A stretch of 64,000 bases of DNA, taken from the NCBI RefSeq assembly GCF_006345805.1, contig NC_043016.1:6572001-6636000 (forward strand). The letters run 5' to 3'. A program made the translations under genes and the position numbers. Below are positions 50,020 to 62,542 of the stretch, piece after piece; position 1 is the first letter of the stretch, and each line of letters opens with the position of its first letter. This stretch comes from Octopus sinensis. Its lineage: Eukaryota. The notes below the pieces were generated by a model, which was not told the origin of the DNA, did no database searches, and saw only the letters and a list, made by a program, of their open reading frames with translations.

Positions 50020-51800
50020 TCATCATCATCATTATCATTTAATGTCCGTTGTCCATACTGGCATGGGTTGGATGGTTTGACCAGAGCTAGCAAGCTGGGG
50101 AGCTGCACCAAACTCCAGTCTCATTTGGCATTGCTTCTATGGCTGGATGCCTCTCCTAACGCCAAGTGTGTTGAATGCTTTTATGTGGCTCCACACAGGT
50201 ACTTTTATGTGACACTGTGCAGGTGCTTTTACATGGCTCTGCATGGGCAATTTTACGTGGCACTGGACAGGCACTTTCATGTGGATTCACATGGGTGCTT
50301 TTACGTGGTACTGGAGAGGCACTTTTACATGTCACCACACAAGTGTTTTTACATGGCACCACATGGACACTTTTATATGCACTGCTATGAATGCTTTACA
50401 CCACCAGAAGAATCAGTCTTAACACTTCTGCTGCAGAATATGGGTTTCCCTGAGTATGGCAAGGTGCCAGACATCTTGGTCCTTTGTCATCTCTCCTGAA
50501 AGGTTCATCAACCTGAGGTCATTCTTCAGAACTTTATCCCATGTCTTCCTTGGTTTCCATCCACTTTGAGATAGACACTTCTTTAAGAAGTGGTCAGCAT
50601 CCATCCACATCACATGACCAAACCAATATAATCTTCTTTCTTGTACACAACAACTAATTCCTCTTATGCCTAACTTCTCTCTCAAAGCACTAGCACTCTG
50701 TCACACACGTACACTGACATTACACCTCCAGCAGAGCATACTAGTCTCATTCCTCTCTAACCTTTGCATATCCTCTGCATTTAGGGTCCACATCTGACTA
50801 CCATGTAGAATTGCTGTCTGTATACATGCATCCTACAATCTTCCTTTCACTCAGAGAGAGAAATCTTTCATGACCAACAAAGGTAACAGCTCTCTGAATT
50901 TCCTCCATCAGATTCTTATTCTAGTTATCATACTCTCTGTGCATCCTCCCTCACTACTAATTTGGTCCCCTAGGTAGTAGCAGAAATTCTTTTCCAGATT
51001 GGCCTACTTCTTGGCATCCTTTGGCCTGAAGTCTAAAGTCACTAATGACTAGTCTATGTTGAGGGAGTACATTCTTCACAAATGTATTTAGGAACAACCA
51101 TGCATCCCACTGGCTGGTGAGATTGTAATTGGTCTGGCTAGTGTAGTCATTTGATCGGCTTCTTGAAGTTGGTGTTGCAGATCAATAGGTTATTCACATC
51201 ACAGAACTCCAGTAGCCTTGTCCCCACTTCATTTTGGGTCCCAATTCCATGGTCGCTATGTACACCATGGAAGATACCAGGCTGCTGCCCGACATGCCCA
51301 TTGAAATCCCCAGTCATGAAGATGAGATCATTGTCACTCGTCTTTGGGGTAGCCTCCATAAAAACAGGCCTTTTGTTCATTTGGTAGAGCTGCTTGGGGG
51401 ACATAGGTAGAGATAATTGTCACTATACTATTCTGCAAAACTAACCTGAGCTTAAGTACACTATCGCACACTCTGACTACCTATGACCTTATCCACTCAT
51501 TTCTCTGCAAGAAGTATGCCAACACCACCTACCCCATTGCTGTTACCTTCCCATAAGATTTTATATCTATGCATCTTGCCTGTGAGGAACCTGGTTGGAA
51601 CTCCTCCACCTTACCTCTTGAATGCAACATACATCAACGCACCTCCATTCAAGCATCTCACCAATCTCACTAGATCTACCTTTCAATGTGCCTACATTGA
51701 CAGTACCAACTCTGAGAACAGGGAAAGGGATGTGAGAGGGAACATGAGAAGGAGGGATGGTATTCAGCACCTGAACATTTGATAACATACATGTCACGTC
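50020..51800 (-). mobile_element. Internally deleted RTE LINE: APE endonuclease segments joined to the post-RT C-terminus and 3' tail
   Basis: LRVGTVNVGTLKGRSSEI..VDVCCIQEVRWR and IFMTGDFNGHVG...GTRLLEFCDVNNLLICNTNFKK (APE), then GDQISSEGGC...LREKLGIRGISCCVQERRLYWFGHV and a (GAT)n tail; no RT core. Confidence 0.88.
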
Positions 51801-51932
51801 AGTTGTTCTCACTTTAACCTACCATCATTCAATCATGTTAAAATTGTTGCCCCTATTGGGAGAGAGTGTAATATAAGCACTGTAAGTATAGGTGTTATAA
51901 GTGTTGTAAATATAATCATTACTTCTGCAAAT

Positions 51933-52334
51933 AGGCGCAGGAGTGGCTGTGTGGTAAGTAGCTTGCTAACCAACCACATGGTTCCAAGTTCAGTCCCACT
52001 GCGGGGCATCTTGGGCAAGTGTCTTCTGCTATAGCCCCGGGCCGACCAATGCCTTGTGAGTGGATTTGGTAGACGGAAACTGAAAGAAGCCTGTCGTATA
52101 TATGTATATATATATGTATGTGTGTGCGTTTGTGTGTCTGTGTCTGTCCCCCTAGCATTGCTTGACAACCGATGCTGGTGTGCTTATGTCCCCGTCACTT
52201 AGCGGTTCGGCAAAAGAGACCGATAGAATAAGTACTAGGCTTACAAAAGAATAAGTCCCAGGGTCGATTTACTCGACTGAAGGCGGTGCTCCAGCATGGC
52301 CGCAGTCAAATGACTGAAACAAGTAAAAGAGTAA
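51933..52334 (+). mobile_element. SINE family B, full length
   Basis: Intact head AGGCGCAGGAGTGGCTGTGTGG through AAGTAAAAGAGTAAA tail; a second diverged copy follows at ~52550-52912. Confidence 0.92.
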
Positions 52335-53298
52335 ATATAAATAGGTCAATGTTTAAATCAAGTAAATGAGCTGCTATTGGTTTAGCACTAACATAATAGA
52401 TATGTTCAAAGCTAAGATAATTAACCACTAAGAACGTAGTTAACATGTTAACACTAAGATAACTAATTAAATATGCTGACATATATTGAATATTTTAGCA
52501 GTAACATAATTAAAAATGTTCAATACTAAAATAAACATGCTGACATTAAGCTTGCTTCCCAACCACATGGTTCCGGGTTCAGTCCCACTACGTGGCACCT
52601 TGGGCAAATGTTTTCTACTATAAACTCGGACAGACCAAAGCCTTGTGAGTGGATTTGGTAGGCAGAAACTGAAAGAAGCCTGTCTTATCTAAACATATGT
52701 GTGTATGTATTTATCTGTGTGCCTCTGTGTCTGTGTTAGTCCCCTCATCATCACTTGACAACTGATGGTCTGTTTATGTTCCTGTAACTCAGCAGTTTAG
52801 CAAAAGAGACAATAAGTACTAGGTTTACCAAGAATAAATCCTAGGGTTGATTTCTTCAACTAAAAATCCTTTAAGGCAGTGCTCAAGCATAGCTGACTGA
52901 AGCGAGTAAAAGAACAGTAACATAACTAATTAAATATGTTAATTAAATGTGTGAATACTAAGATAGCTACTTGAATATGGTAATACTAACAATGGCCCTG
53001 CAAACGAACAGCATTACTTACTTGCCGTCCCCAACGGAAGTAAGTCCACACTTTGTGACAAGTCTTTGTTGAGTTGCATGATGTTCATAAACAAAAGGTT
53101 CATTCATTTGGTGTTGTTTATTTCCAGTCTGGACTGTTTATTGTTTGATAGACAGTGAGATTATTACCTCAAGTGCAAACATGGAAAGATTGGTGACAGG
53201 AAAGGCATCCAGCAAATCCCAGCCTCAGCACATTATTATCTGGGCCAATCAAATGTAGATGTCAGAACAATGACAAAGATGATGATGACAATTATAAC

Positions 53299-53335
<37 letters not shown>

Positions 53336-53396
53336 TCAATGGTGATGATGATAACAATTAATGAAAAAAATGGAATTGGAGGGGTAATGCATACCT

Positions 53397-53625
53397 ACTT
53401 TTTACTAACCACAAGGGGCTAAACACAGAGAGGACAAACAAGGACAGACAAACGAATTAAGTTGATTATATCGACCCCAGTGCATAACTGGTACTTATTT
53501 AATCGACCCCGAAAGGATGAAAGGGAAAGTTGACCTCGGCGGAATTTGAACTCAGAACGTAGAGGCAAATGAAATACTGCTAAGCATTTCACCCGGCATG
53601 CTAATGTTTCTGCCAGCTCACTGCC
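53397..53625 (-). mobile_element. SINE family A inserted in the left arm of the inverted duplication
   Basis: Family A sequence, absent from the right arm. Confidence 0.9.
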
Positions 53626-54757
53626 GAAAAAATTTATCTACGCATAGGGTGATGCATACCCTATGCATAGATAAATTTTTTCGCATATTACAGTGTAGCT
53701 TACAATGCATTGCTTACCCATGCTTTTAAATTGAACTGAATTAAGCTTTTTATTAAGTTTCACCATTATAAGTATTTATACTCTGGTGAAATTAAGAAAT
53801 CAACTTGTAAATAAATGAAACCCTTGAATCCATCACTGTACACATACACACACACATACACATGCACACACACACAGAGTCACATATCTATGCATGTATT
53901 TATGTATGTATGTAACCACATGTGTCTATCTGCATAGATACAGCATTATCTATACATAGGCAGACGAGGGTCAATTCATATGAAAAAGAAAGTGAACAAA
54001 ATGAAATGCTTATAGAAAATATTGCATAGAATTTAAGTGTTTTCAACACCTTTCAATCATGGCAAGTAAATCAAACATATGGTAGTTCATTGTAGGATAA
54101 AAATAATATGACCTCTTGCTTATCGGGAAATTTGTAAGTTCGATTTAAAAAAAGTTTTTTCGTAAGTATCACCAACGTAAGTATTTATACTCCAGTGAAA
54201 TAACAAAATTACGAAACAAACGAAACCCTCAAATCCATCACTTACACATACACATGTATGCACGCATGCACAAACACACATGCATGCAATCACACATGCA
54301 AGCATGCACATACACACACACATGCATGCATGCACACAACACACATGCATGCACACAACACATGCATGCAAGCATGCACATACACACACATGCATGCATG
54401 CACATACACACACATGCATGCATGCACACAACACACATGCATGCACACAACACACATGCATGCATGCAAGCATGCACATACACACAATTCATCTGTGCAC
54501 ATACACACACACATATACACAGTCACATATCTATGTATGAATCAACCCTCATCTGCATGTGTATAGATAACGCTATATCTATACACATAGACACATGTGG
54601 GTACATACATGCATAAATACATACAGAGATATGTGACTCTGTGTGTGTGTGCGTGTGCATGTATGTGTGTGTGTGTATGTGTACAATGATGGATTCAAGG
54701 GTTTCATTTATTTACAAGTTGATTTCTTAATTTCACCAGAGTATAAATACCTATAAT

Positions 54758-55169
54758 ACTCTTTTACTTGTTTCAGTCATTTGACTGTGGTCATGCTGGA
54801 GCACTGCCTTTAGTTGAGCAAATCGACCCCAGGAATTATTCTTTGTAAGCCTAGTATTTATTCTATCGGTCTCTTTTGCCGAACTGCTAAGTTATGGGGA
54901 CGTAAATACACCAGCATTGGTTGTGAAGCGATGTTGGGGGGGACAAACACAGACACACAAACATATAGACACACACATACATATACATATATATGTACAT
55001 GTATACGACGGGCTTCTTTCAGTTTCCGTCTACCAAATCCACTTACAAGGCTTTGGTCGGCCCAAGGTTATAGTAGAAGACACTTACCCAAGGTGCCATG
55101 CAGTGGGACTGAACCCGGAACCATGTGGTTGGTAAGCAAGCTACTTACCACACAGCCACTTCTACACCT
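54758..55169 (-). mobile_element. SINE family B inserted in the right arm of the inverted duplication
   Basis: Family B sequence splitting TATAAT^GGTGAAAC, which is contiguous in the left arm. Confidence 0.9.
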
Positions 55170-55324
55170 GGTGAAACTTTTAAAAAATGCTTAATTCAGT
55201 TCAATTAAAAAGCATGGGTAAGCAACACTGTAATTTGCGAAAAAATTTATCTGAGCGCAGGGTATGCATCGCCCCTCCAATGCCATTTTTTTCATTAATT
55301 GATGTCATCATCACCATTGACTGG

Positions 55325-55843
55325 CGTCCATGCTGGCAGGGGGCAAAGAGCACCATATGAGTGCAATCATTGACAGAGCGGCTAACCGGCTTCTGTAACA
55401 GTGGCACGTAAAAGGGCACCATTCAAGCGTGATTGTTACCAGCGTCACCTTACTGGCACTTGTGCCTGTGCTAGTAGGGTGCCAAGAGCACCATCCAAGT
55501 GTGATCATTGCCAGAGCTGCCAACTGGCTTCCATGCCAGTGGCATGTAAAAGGGCACCATTCGAGTGTGATCGTTACCAACGTCGCTTCACTGGCACGTG
55601 TAAAAAGATTCAAGCGAGGTCATTGCCAGTACCACCTGACTGGCAACCATGCCGGTGGCATGTAAAAAGCACCCACTACACTCTCGGAGTGGTTGGTGTT
55701 AGGAAGGGCATCCAGCTGTAGAAACCATGCCAAATCAAGATTGGAGCCTGGTGCAACCATCTGGTTCGCCAGCCCTCAGTCAAAATCGTCCAACCCATGC
55801 TAGCATGGAAAGCGGATGTTAAACGATAATGATGATGATGATG
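55325..55843 (+). mobile_element. RTE-tail repeat (family C)
   Basis: Colinear with 22300-22788. Confidence 0.88.
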
Positions 55844-56399
55844 ATCATCATCATCACCATTTGAAGATAATCAAACCAAATATTCATCATTTCAAGCCCC
55901 TCACTCAAACTTGGTGAAAATCTGTTCAGCCGTTTTCCAGTAATTTTGCAAACACACAGACAAAGATGAGTGATTATGCATGCAAGGTAAATATGTTAAC
56001 ACACTGACATTGCTAATTAAGATATGTTAAGACTGGCATAGTTAATTACTAAATATCTAAATGGTAGCATTTTCTGCAATGGATTTCTTTATTTTTTTTT
56101 AGGCAGTTGTTGTTTTTTTGGGGGGGATGGCTAGTTCTGTCTACTTTGCAGCCCTTATCAAAGATTTCTTGAAAAAAATCTTTCTAAAATGGGTTACTTA
56201 GAAAAATGTGTGAATAAAGAATTTACTTCAAATCAACAGGATAAACAACACCATTTTAAGGATTTTGGTCCATTTACCAACAGTCCATTCTCACACACAT
56301 CTTCATACCACTACACAAAATACATATGCATCCTCACACATATATGAACATGCACATGTCTTCACACATGCATAAAAATACACATTCTTATGCACATCA

Positions 56400-57000
56400 T
56401 CACACACGTTCACATACACACACGAAACATACACACATACACAAACATGAGTATACACACACATACACACACCACATACACACCACATATACAATGCACA
56501 CATCTTCACACATACACACATACACAAACATGAGTATACACACACATACACACACATACACCACACACATACCACATGCACACATCTTCACACATACACA
56601 CATACACAAACATGAGTATACACACACATACACACACACATATACACATGCACACATCTTCACACATACACACATACACAAACATGAGTATACACACACA
56701 TACACACCACACATATACACATGCACACATCTTCACACATACACACATACACAAACATGAGTATACACACACATACACACACACATACACACACACATAT
56801 ACACATGCACACATCTTCACACATACACACATACACAAACATGAGTATACACACACATACACACACACATATACACATGCACACATCTTCACACATACAC
56901 ACATACACAAACATGAGTATACACACACATACACACACACATACACACACACATATACACATGCACACATCTTCACACATACACACATACACAACACTCA
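56400..57000. repeat. Microsatellite-derived minisatellite, ~70-84-bp units, at least 7 copies
   Basis: Invariant anchors ATGCACACATCTTCACACATACACACATACACAAACATGAGTATA separated by variable (CA)/(TA) runs. Confidence 0.9.
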
Positions 57001-57406
57001 GATCCACACATACACATACCCCCATTCACAATTAATAAATCAGAGCCAATTATCTTTCTAGCTAGATCATATTGCAAATGATAATGACAACATAATCGTT
57101 TCTAATTACTAGAAATTTCTCTGAATTCATTAATAAGATATCGGCATATTTAATTAGATATAATTATTTAGACACCAATATATTTAGATTGAGTTTGAGT
57201 TTCTTTAGAATATTTCCCTCCTCTCTGTTAGAGGCACAAGCACTTACACGCATGTACACACACAACAGAAACTTCCACCCACCAAATTCAATTACAAGGC
57301 TTCATTCAACCCAAGGCTATCGCAGAAAACACTTGTCCATGGTGCCATGAATGGGACTGAACATATGTTGGGTTCAGGAGATGGAATGTGTAACAGACTT
57401 TATTGG

Positions 57407-57448
57407 GTACAACACATGTTTCAACCCGTTCTGGGTCTCTTCAGGTAC
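57407..57448 (-). ncRNA. Minimal type I hammerhead ribozyme motif (Penelope-type)
   Basis: GTAC-CTGAAGA-GACCC agaac GGGTT-GAAA-CA tg TG-T-T-GTAC, followed 3 nt later by AATAAA. Confidence 0.7.
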
Positions 57449-58061
57449 ATCAATAAAAAGTCTCACTAGAGATTTCTTGAGTCGGCTTTCATTCCGCTAC
57501 GTTCATCAAAATCGAGAATGAGTAAAATCAGAGAAAAATTATTGAAACGCAAAAAGATTTTAATTATGAACGTAGAAAGTATTCATTCTAGTCTAGAGAA
57601 AATAACGTAATCAGCTTTCATTATCATTAACTGTTAAGAGAAAGTAAAGGAAGCAGAAGGTGAAAGGTAGATAATACTTAGACGAAAAATCTTTTTGCAT
57701 TCGTGCTTAGACGCATATATACATACACAGAGATATATACGCACATATACATACACACTCACACTCACACATCCAAGTATATGGGCATATACCTACAACT
57801 ACATACATGTGCATACGCACACGTATGGACGAATATATACGAATATATGTATAGGAACTCATATACGCGGGTACACACATGTATATATACATAAATATAT
57901 GTATATAGTATAGATAAATATGTGCATAGATTTGTACATAAAACAAGATTCAGACATCTGTGCAAAGTTTGACACATACACACGTGTTAATACACTCACA
58001 TATACACATAAGAAAATATATATACGTATACATATATTTACATATATATATATCATCATCA

Positions 58062-58295
58062 TCATCATCATCATCGTTTAACGTCCGTTTTCCGCGCTAG
58101 CACGGGTTGGACGGTTTCGACCGGGGTCTGGGGAGCTCGGGACTGCCCCAGGCTCCAGTCTAGTCTGGCAGTGTTTCTACAGCTGGATGCCCTTCCTAAC
58201 GCCAACCACTCCGCGAGTGTAGTGGGTGATTTTTACGTGCCACCTGCACAGGTGCCAGAGGGGTCTGGCATCGGCCACGTTCGGATGGTGCTTTT
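58062..58295 (-). mobile_element. RTE-tail repeat (family C), CpG-rich young copy
   Basis: (ATC)n-CGTTTAACGTCCGTTTTCCGCGCTAGCACGGGTTGG.. motif. Confidence 0.88.
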
Positions 58296-58299
58296 TTTA

Positions 58300-59094
58300 T
58301 GGGGGGGTGCAGAAATATAGGGGAGCACCAGTGGGAGGGGTGGTTCAGAGGACAGGTACTAGGCAAGTAGAACGTAGGATATCGAAAGAGGGGTAATGCA
58401 TGGTGAAATAGCGTATTGAAGAGGGGGGTTCAAAGAGTAGACACCTATAATGGTGGTGGGGGGTGCAGAAATATAGGGGATCACCAGTGGAGGGGTGGTT
58501 CAGAGGACAGGTTCTAGGCAAGTAGAACGTAGGATATCGAAAGAGGGGTAATGCATGGTGAAATAGCATATTGAAGAGGGGGGTTCAAAGAGTAGACACC
58601 TATAATGGTGGTGGGGGGGGGTGCAGAGAAATATAGGGGAGCACCAGGGGAGGGGTGGTTCAGAGGACAGGTACTAGGCAAGTAGAACGTAGGATATCGA
58701 AAGAGGGGTAATGCATGGTGAATGAAATAGCGTATTGAAGAGGGGGGTTCAAAGAGTAGACACCTATAATGGTGGTGGGGGGTGCAGAAATATAGGGGAT
58801 CACCAGTGGGAGGGGTGGTTCAGAGGACAGGTTCTAGGCAAGTAGAACGTAGGATATCGAAAGAGGGGTAATGCATGGTGAAATAGCATATTGAAGAGGG
58901 GGGTTCAAAGAGTAGACACCTATAATGGTGGTGGGGGGGGGTGCAGAAATATAGGGGAGCACCAGTGGGAGGGGTGGTTCAGAGGACAGGTTCTAGGCAA
59001 GTAGAACGTAGGATATTGAGAGAGGGGTAATGCATGGTGAAATAGCGTATTGAAGAGGGGGGTTCAAAGAGTAGACACCTATAATGGTGGTGGG
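58300..59094. repeat. G-rich tandem array, 5 x ~158 bp
   Basis: TGCAG anchors at 58308, 58464, 58622, 58783 and 58942. Confidence 0.95.
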
Positions 59095-59170
59095 AGAAAC
59101 GACATCCGGTATAGTTGGAGCAAAATAGAGATATCCGGTATTGGTGGTGGGGGTGGGTAGGGCGGGCGCG

Positions 59171-59689
59171 CCGCGAAGAATCGGCAGCCAATTTCTAATC
59201 ACCCCCGTAAGGGAGATAGATCTTAAATATCTATAACGATAACTAGTGAATTATACAGAATATGCAAAAACGAGGCGAGGCTGAAATAGTAAACAGAGTG
59301 GCGACTAGGGGGATCAGAATAATAATAATTAATAAATAATAATAATAAATAGAGATACGGATGAATTAAAGTTCAAAGATTTCTTATCTTGGGATCACTT
59401 CGTTTATGGACAGACTTGGCAAAAGGAATTCGGAATCAAGAATGAAGCAGGTTACTAGCTTAAGTATGCATAGCCATGGCGAGGAGTAGGAAGAGAAGGA
59501 GTCCAGACAGACAATGTAAAAAGAGGGGGAGAGAAACCCCGCGAAGAATCGGCAGCCAATTTCTAATCAGCCCTGTAAGGGAGATAGATCTTAAATATCT
59601 ATAACGATAACTAGTGAATTATACAGAATATGCAAAAACGAGGCGAGGCTGAAATAGTAAACAGAGTGGTGACTAGGGGGATCAGAATA
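59171..59689. repeat. Two 151-bp direct repeats (59171-59321, 59539-59689) around a 217-bp spacer
   Basis: CCGCGAAGAATCGGCAGCC...GGATCAGAATA occurs twice with only a few substitutions. Confidence 0.92.
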
Positions 59690-59693
59690 CTAG

Positions 59694-59741
<48 letters not shown>

Positions 59742-59760
59742 ATATGTGTGTGTGTGTGTG

Positions 59761-59793
<33 letters not shown>

Positions 59794-60301
59794 CATATAC
59801 ATACATATACACACATAAACACATGCCCACATACATGTATACACATATTCACACTAATATATATAGACCTACAAAAAGGCAAATGAGCACAGATTAATAT
59901 GTAGACATATATATCTATATATATGTACATATACACACACACACGCACACATACATACTCACAATATATACAAACATACACGTATACATATATGCATATA
60001 CACACATATACACTCACACACACATATATATGTGTGTGTATACGTATACATATATACATATATGGATCTAGATTGCTATATCATATGTCAAACACCAGTT
60101 ATTCAAATACACACACACACACAACACACACAATGGATTCATTTCAGTTTCTATCTACCAAATTCACCCACTAAGCTTTGGTTTGGTTAAGGGTACATTT
60201 TCAGATACTTGTTCAACGTGCTGCAACAATGAGATTGAACTGGAGACCTTTGTTAGAAAGTATGAGTTTCAACCACACAACCATGTGTATAACTATTATT
60301 T

Positions 60302-60333
<32 letters not shown>

Positions 60334-60411
60334 GAATGTGCATACGTGTGCGTGTGTGTGTGTGCGTGTGTGTGTGTGTGTGTAAATAGAGAAAAAGCAA
60401 AAGACTGAATA

Positions 60412-60646
60412 TATATTTCTTTACTACCCACAAGGGGCTAAACACAAAGGGGACAAACAAGGACAGACAAACGGATTAAGTCGATTACATCGACCCCAGT
60501 GCGTAACTGGTACTTAATTTATCGACCCCAAAAGGATGAAAGGCAAAGTCAACCCCGGCGGAATTTGAACCCAGAACATAACAGCAGACGAAATACGGCT
60601 ACGCATTTTGCCCGGCGTGCTAACGTTTCTGCCAGCTCGCCACCTT
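60412..60646 (-). mobile_element. SINE family A with an 11-bp target-site duplication
   Basis: AAGACTGAATA at 60401-60411 and 60647-60657. Confidence 0.93.
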
Positions 60647-60959
60647 AAGACTGAATAAGACAATATACTCAGACATATATAAATATGTAGACATTTATAT
60701 ATTTACAGCGCAGATTTACTCAAAGAAAAGAAATAGAGGAGAGAAGGTATGGTATTACTGGTCCAACAGCTGTTTCGGGGATGCTCAGAATTATGTCGTA
60801 ATGTTGGCAGAGGTAGTGCACAAGAAGTCAAACATATGGAAGAGACAGGTATCTTACCTATCTCTCCAGCATGAAGACAGTGGTGAGATTTAGCTAATAT
60901 TCATATGCATCCACTACTAGTTTGCAAACCCTTGACTTTTTACGAACTACATCTACCAG

Positions 60960-61365
60960 CATTATGACTTTTGGAAAGAGCCAGTAGTGGTTGTCAGAGA
61001 ATCTCTACAACCTCACCTCCCAGTTCCTCCAATTTTAATCCCATGGATAACTATGTGTGGGGTGTGATTGAGAAAGACATCAACTGTTCCGCTTGCAATA
61101 CCATGGCTGAGCTGTGGGCCAAGACACAGGATGAGTTCAAAGATCTTTCCAGGGACTCAATGAGGAACACATGTGCAAGGTTCTGGAGCTATCTTCAGGC
61201 TGTGGTGGAAGCTGAGGGCAACTACTTTCAGTTAACTATTATCTCTCAGCCATAATCTAAATGTTATTTCCTGATCTTTTAAAATATTTTTTTATTTTTA
61301 GATGGGAAAATATGTTTTATTTTCCTTTTATGCAAATTGTCAAATTTATCCCAAACACTCTGTGC
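60960..61365 (+). mobile_element. Tc1/mariner (maT-like) transposase 3' remnant
   Basis: PPSSSNFNPMDNYVWGVIEKDIN...NTCARFWSYLQAVVEAEGNY; same family as 36945-37892. Confidence 0.85.
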
Positions 61366-61384
61366 ATTGGAAGATGAGTGAGGC

Positions 61385-61611
61385 TACATGTGAGAGTGAG
61401 TGAGTGCGGCTACATGTGTGAGTGAGTGAGTGAGTGAGTGAGTGAGGCTACATGTGAGAGTGAGTGAGTGAGGCTACATGTGTGAGTGAGTGAGTGAGTG
61501 TGAATGAGTGAGTGAGTGAATGAGTGAGTGAGTGAGTGAGTGAATGAGTGAGTGAGTGAGTGAGTGAATGAGTGAGTGAGTGAATGAGTGAGTGAGTGAG
61601 TGAGTGTGTGA

Positions 61612-61665
<54 letters not shown>
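61385..61665. repeat. (GAGT)n/(GT)n microsatellite
   Basis: Direct reading. Confidence 0.95.
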
Positions 61666-61668
<3 letters not shown>

Positions 61669-62542
61669 GTGATACTAGAGTTTGTAAACTCCATTTAGAA
61701 AGAGACAAGGGAATAAGGCTCATTGACACGTATGTATACTTATGCCAGCCAACTAATTAATAGATGATACTTGCTACCGATGAAACCCAAACAGGCAGAG
61801 ATATGCATTTAGCAATGCCACCATCACTGCTGGACAATTTTCATCTGCTGCTGCTGGTCCATATTATATTATCTCTGGCTGAATACACCATAGTTGATAT
61901 GGCTTTCCCTGATATAACTGCTTTAGGTATGATACACAGCTTGCCAATCTAAACAAATACTGCTTCTGACACACGTAATGACATGTATATGAAACATTAG
62001 TATGAAGGAAGAAAAAGAGTGATTAGGGTGACAGTATGGAAAAGTGCTGATAAACAAGAGAGACAGATATGGCAAATGGAAATGGAGAGAGAGAGAGAGA
62101 CTAATGAAACTTACATGTCTTCTGACAAGAGAGAGAAGGAATGATTATATATACATATATATATATATATATATAAATATATATATAACAAATAAGAAAA
62201 TGAGAAGAAACAAATTAATTTGTTCATCAACTTGTTCATCAACTTTGTTCATCAACAAACTGAGAACATCAAAAGCATACAAAATATTATATAAATCAAT
62301 AGATAAGATAATAATACAAATACAGATTTCAAAAGTCATATTATAAATTAATGAAATCCAGAAATTACTTCTTACAGCTACAATATATGACTTAATTGCA
62401 TTGCAATTAAAAACATTTATGTATTAAGAATTTGGGTACTTTACCAACAGTATATTGGATAAATGATATCCCATAGTGGGTTACACCCATAACCTCTATC
62501 TTACTTTGTAGCATATATATATATATATATATATATGTAAAA

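Larger units (their letters stand above)
53335..55321. repeat. Large imperfect inverted duplication (arms 53335-53980 and 54536-55321)
   Basis: The arms are colinear reverse complements after removing one SINE from each arm. Confidence 0.85.

Noticed and set aside
60762-60800. Hammerhead-like GAAACAGCTGT on the minus strand
   Set aside because: No CUGANGA core, stem II or stem I partner could be assembled.
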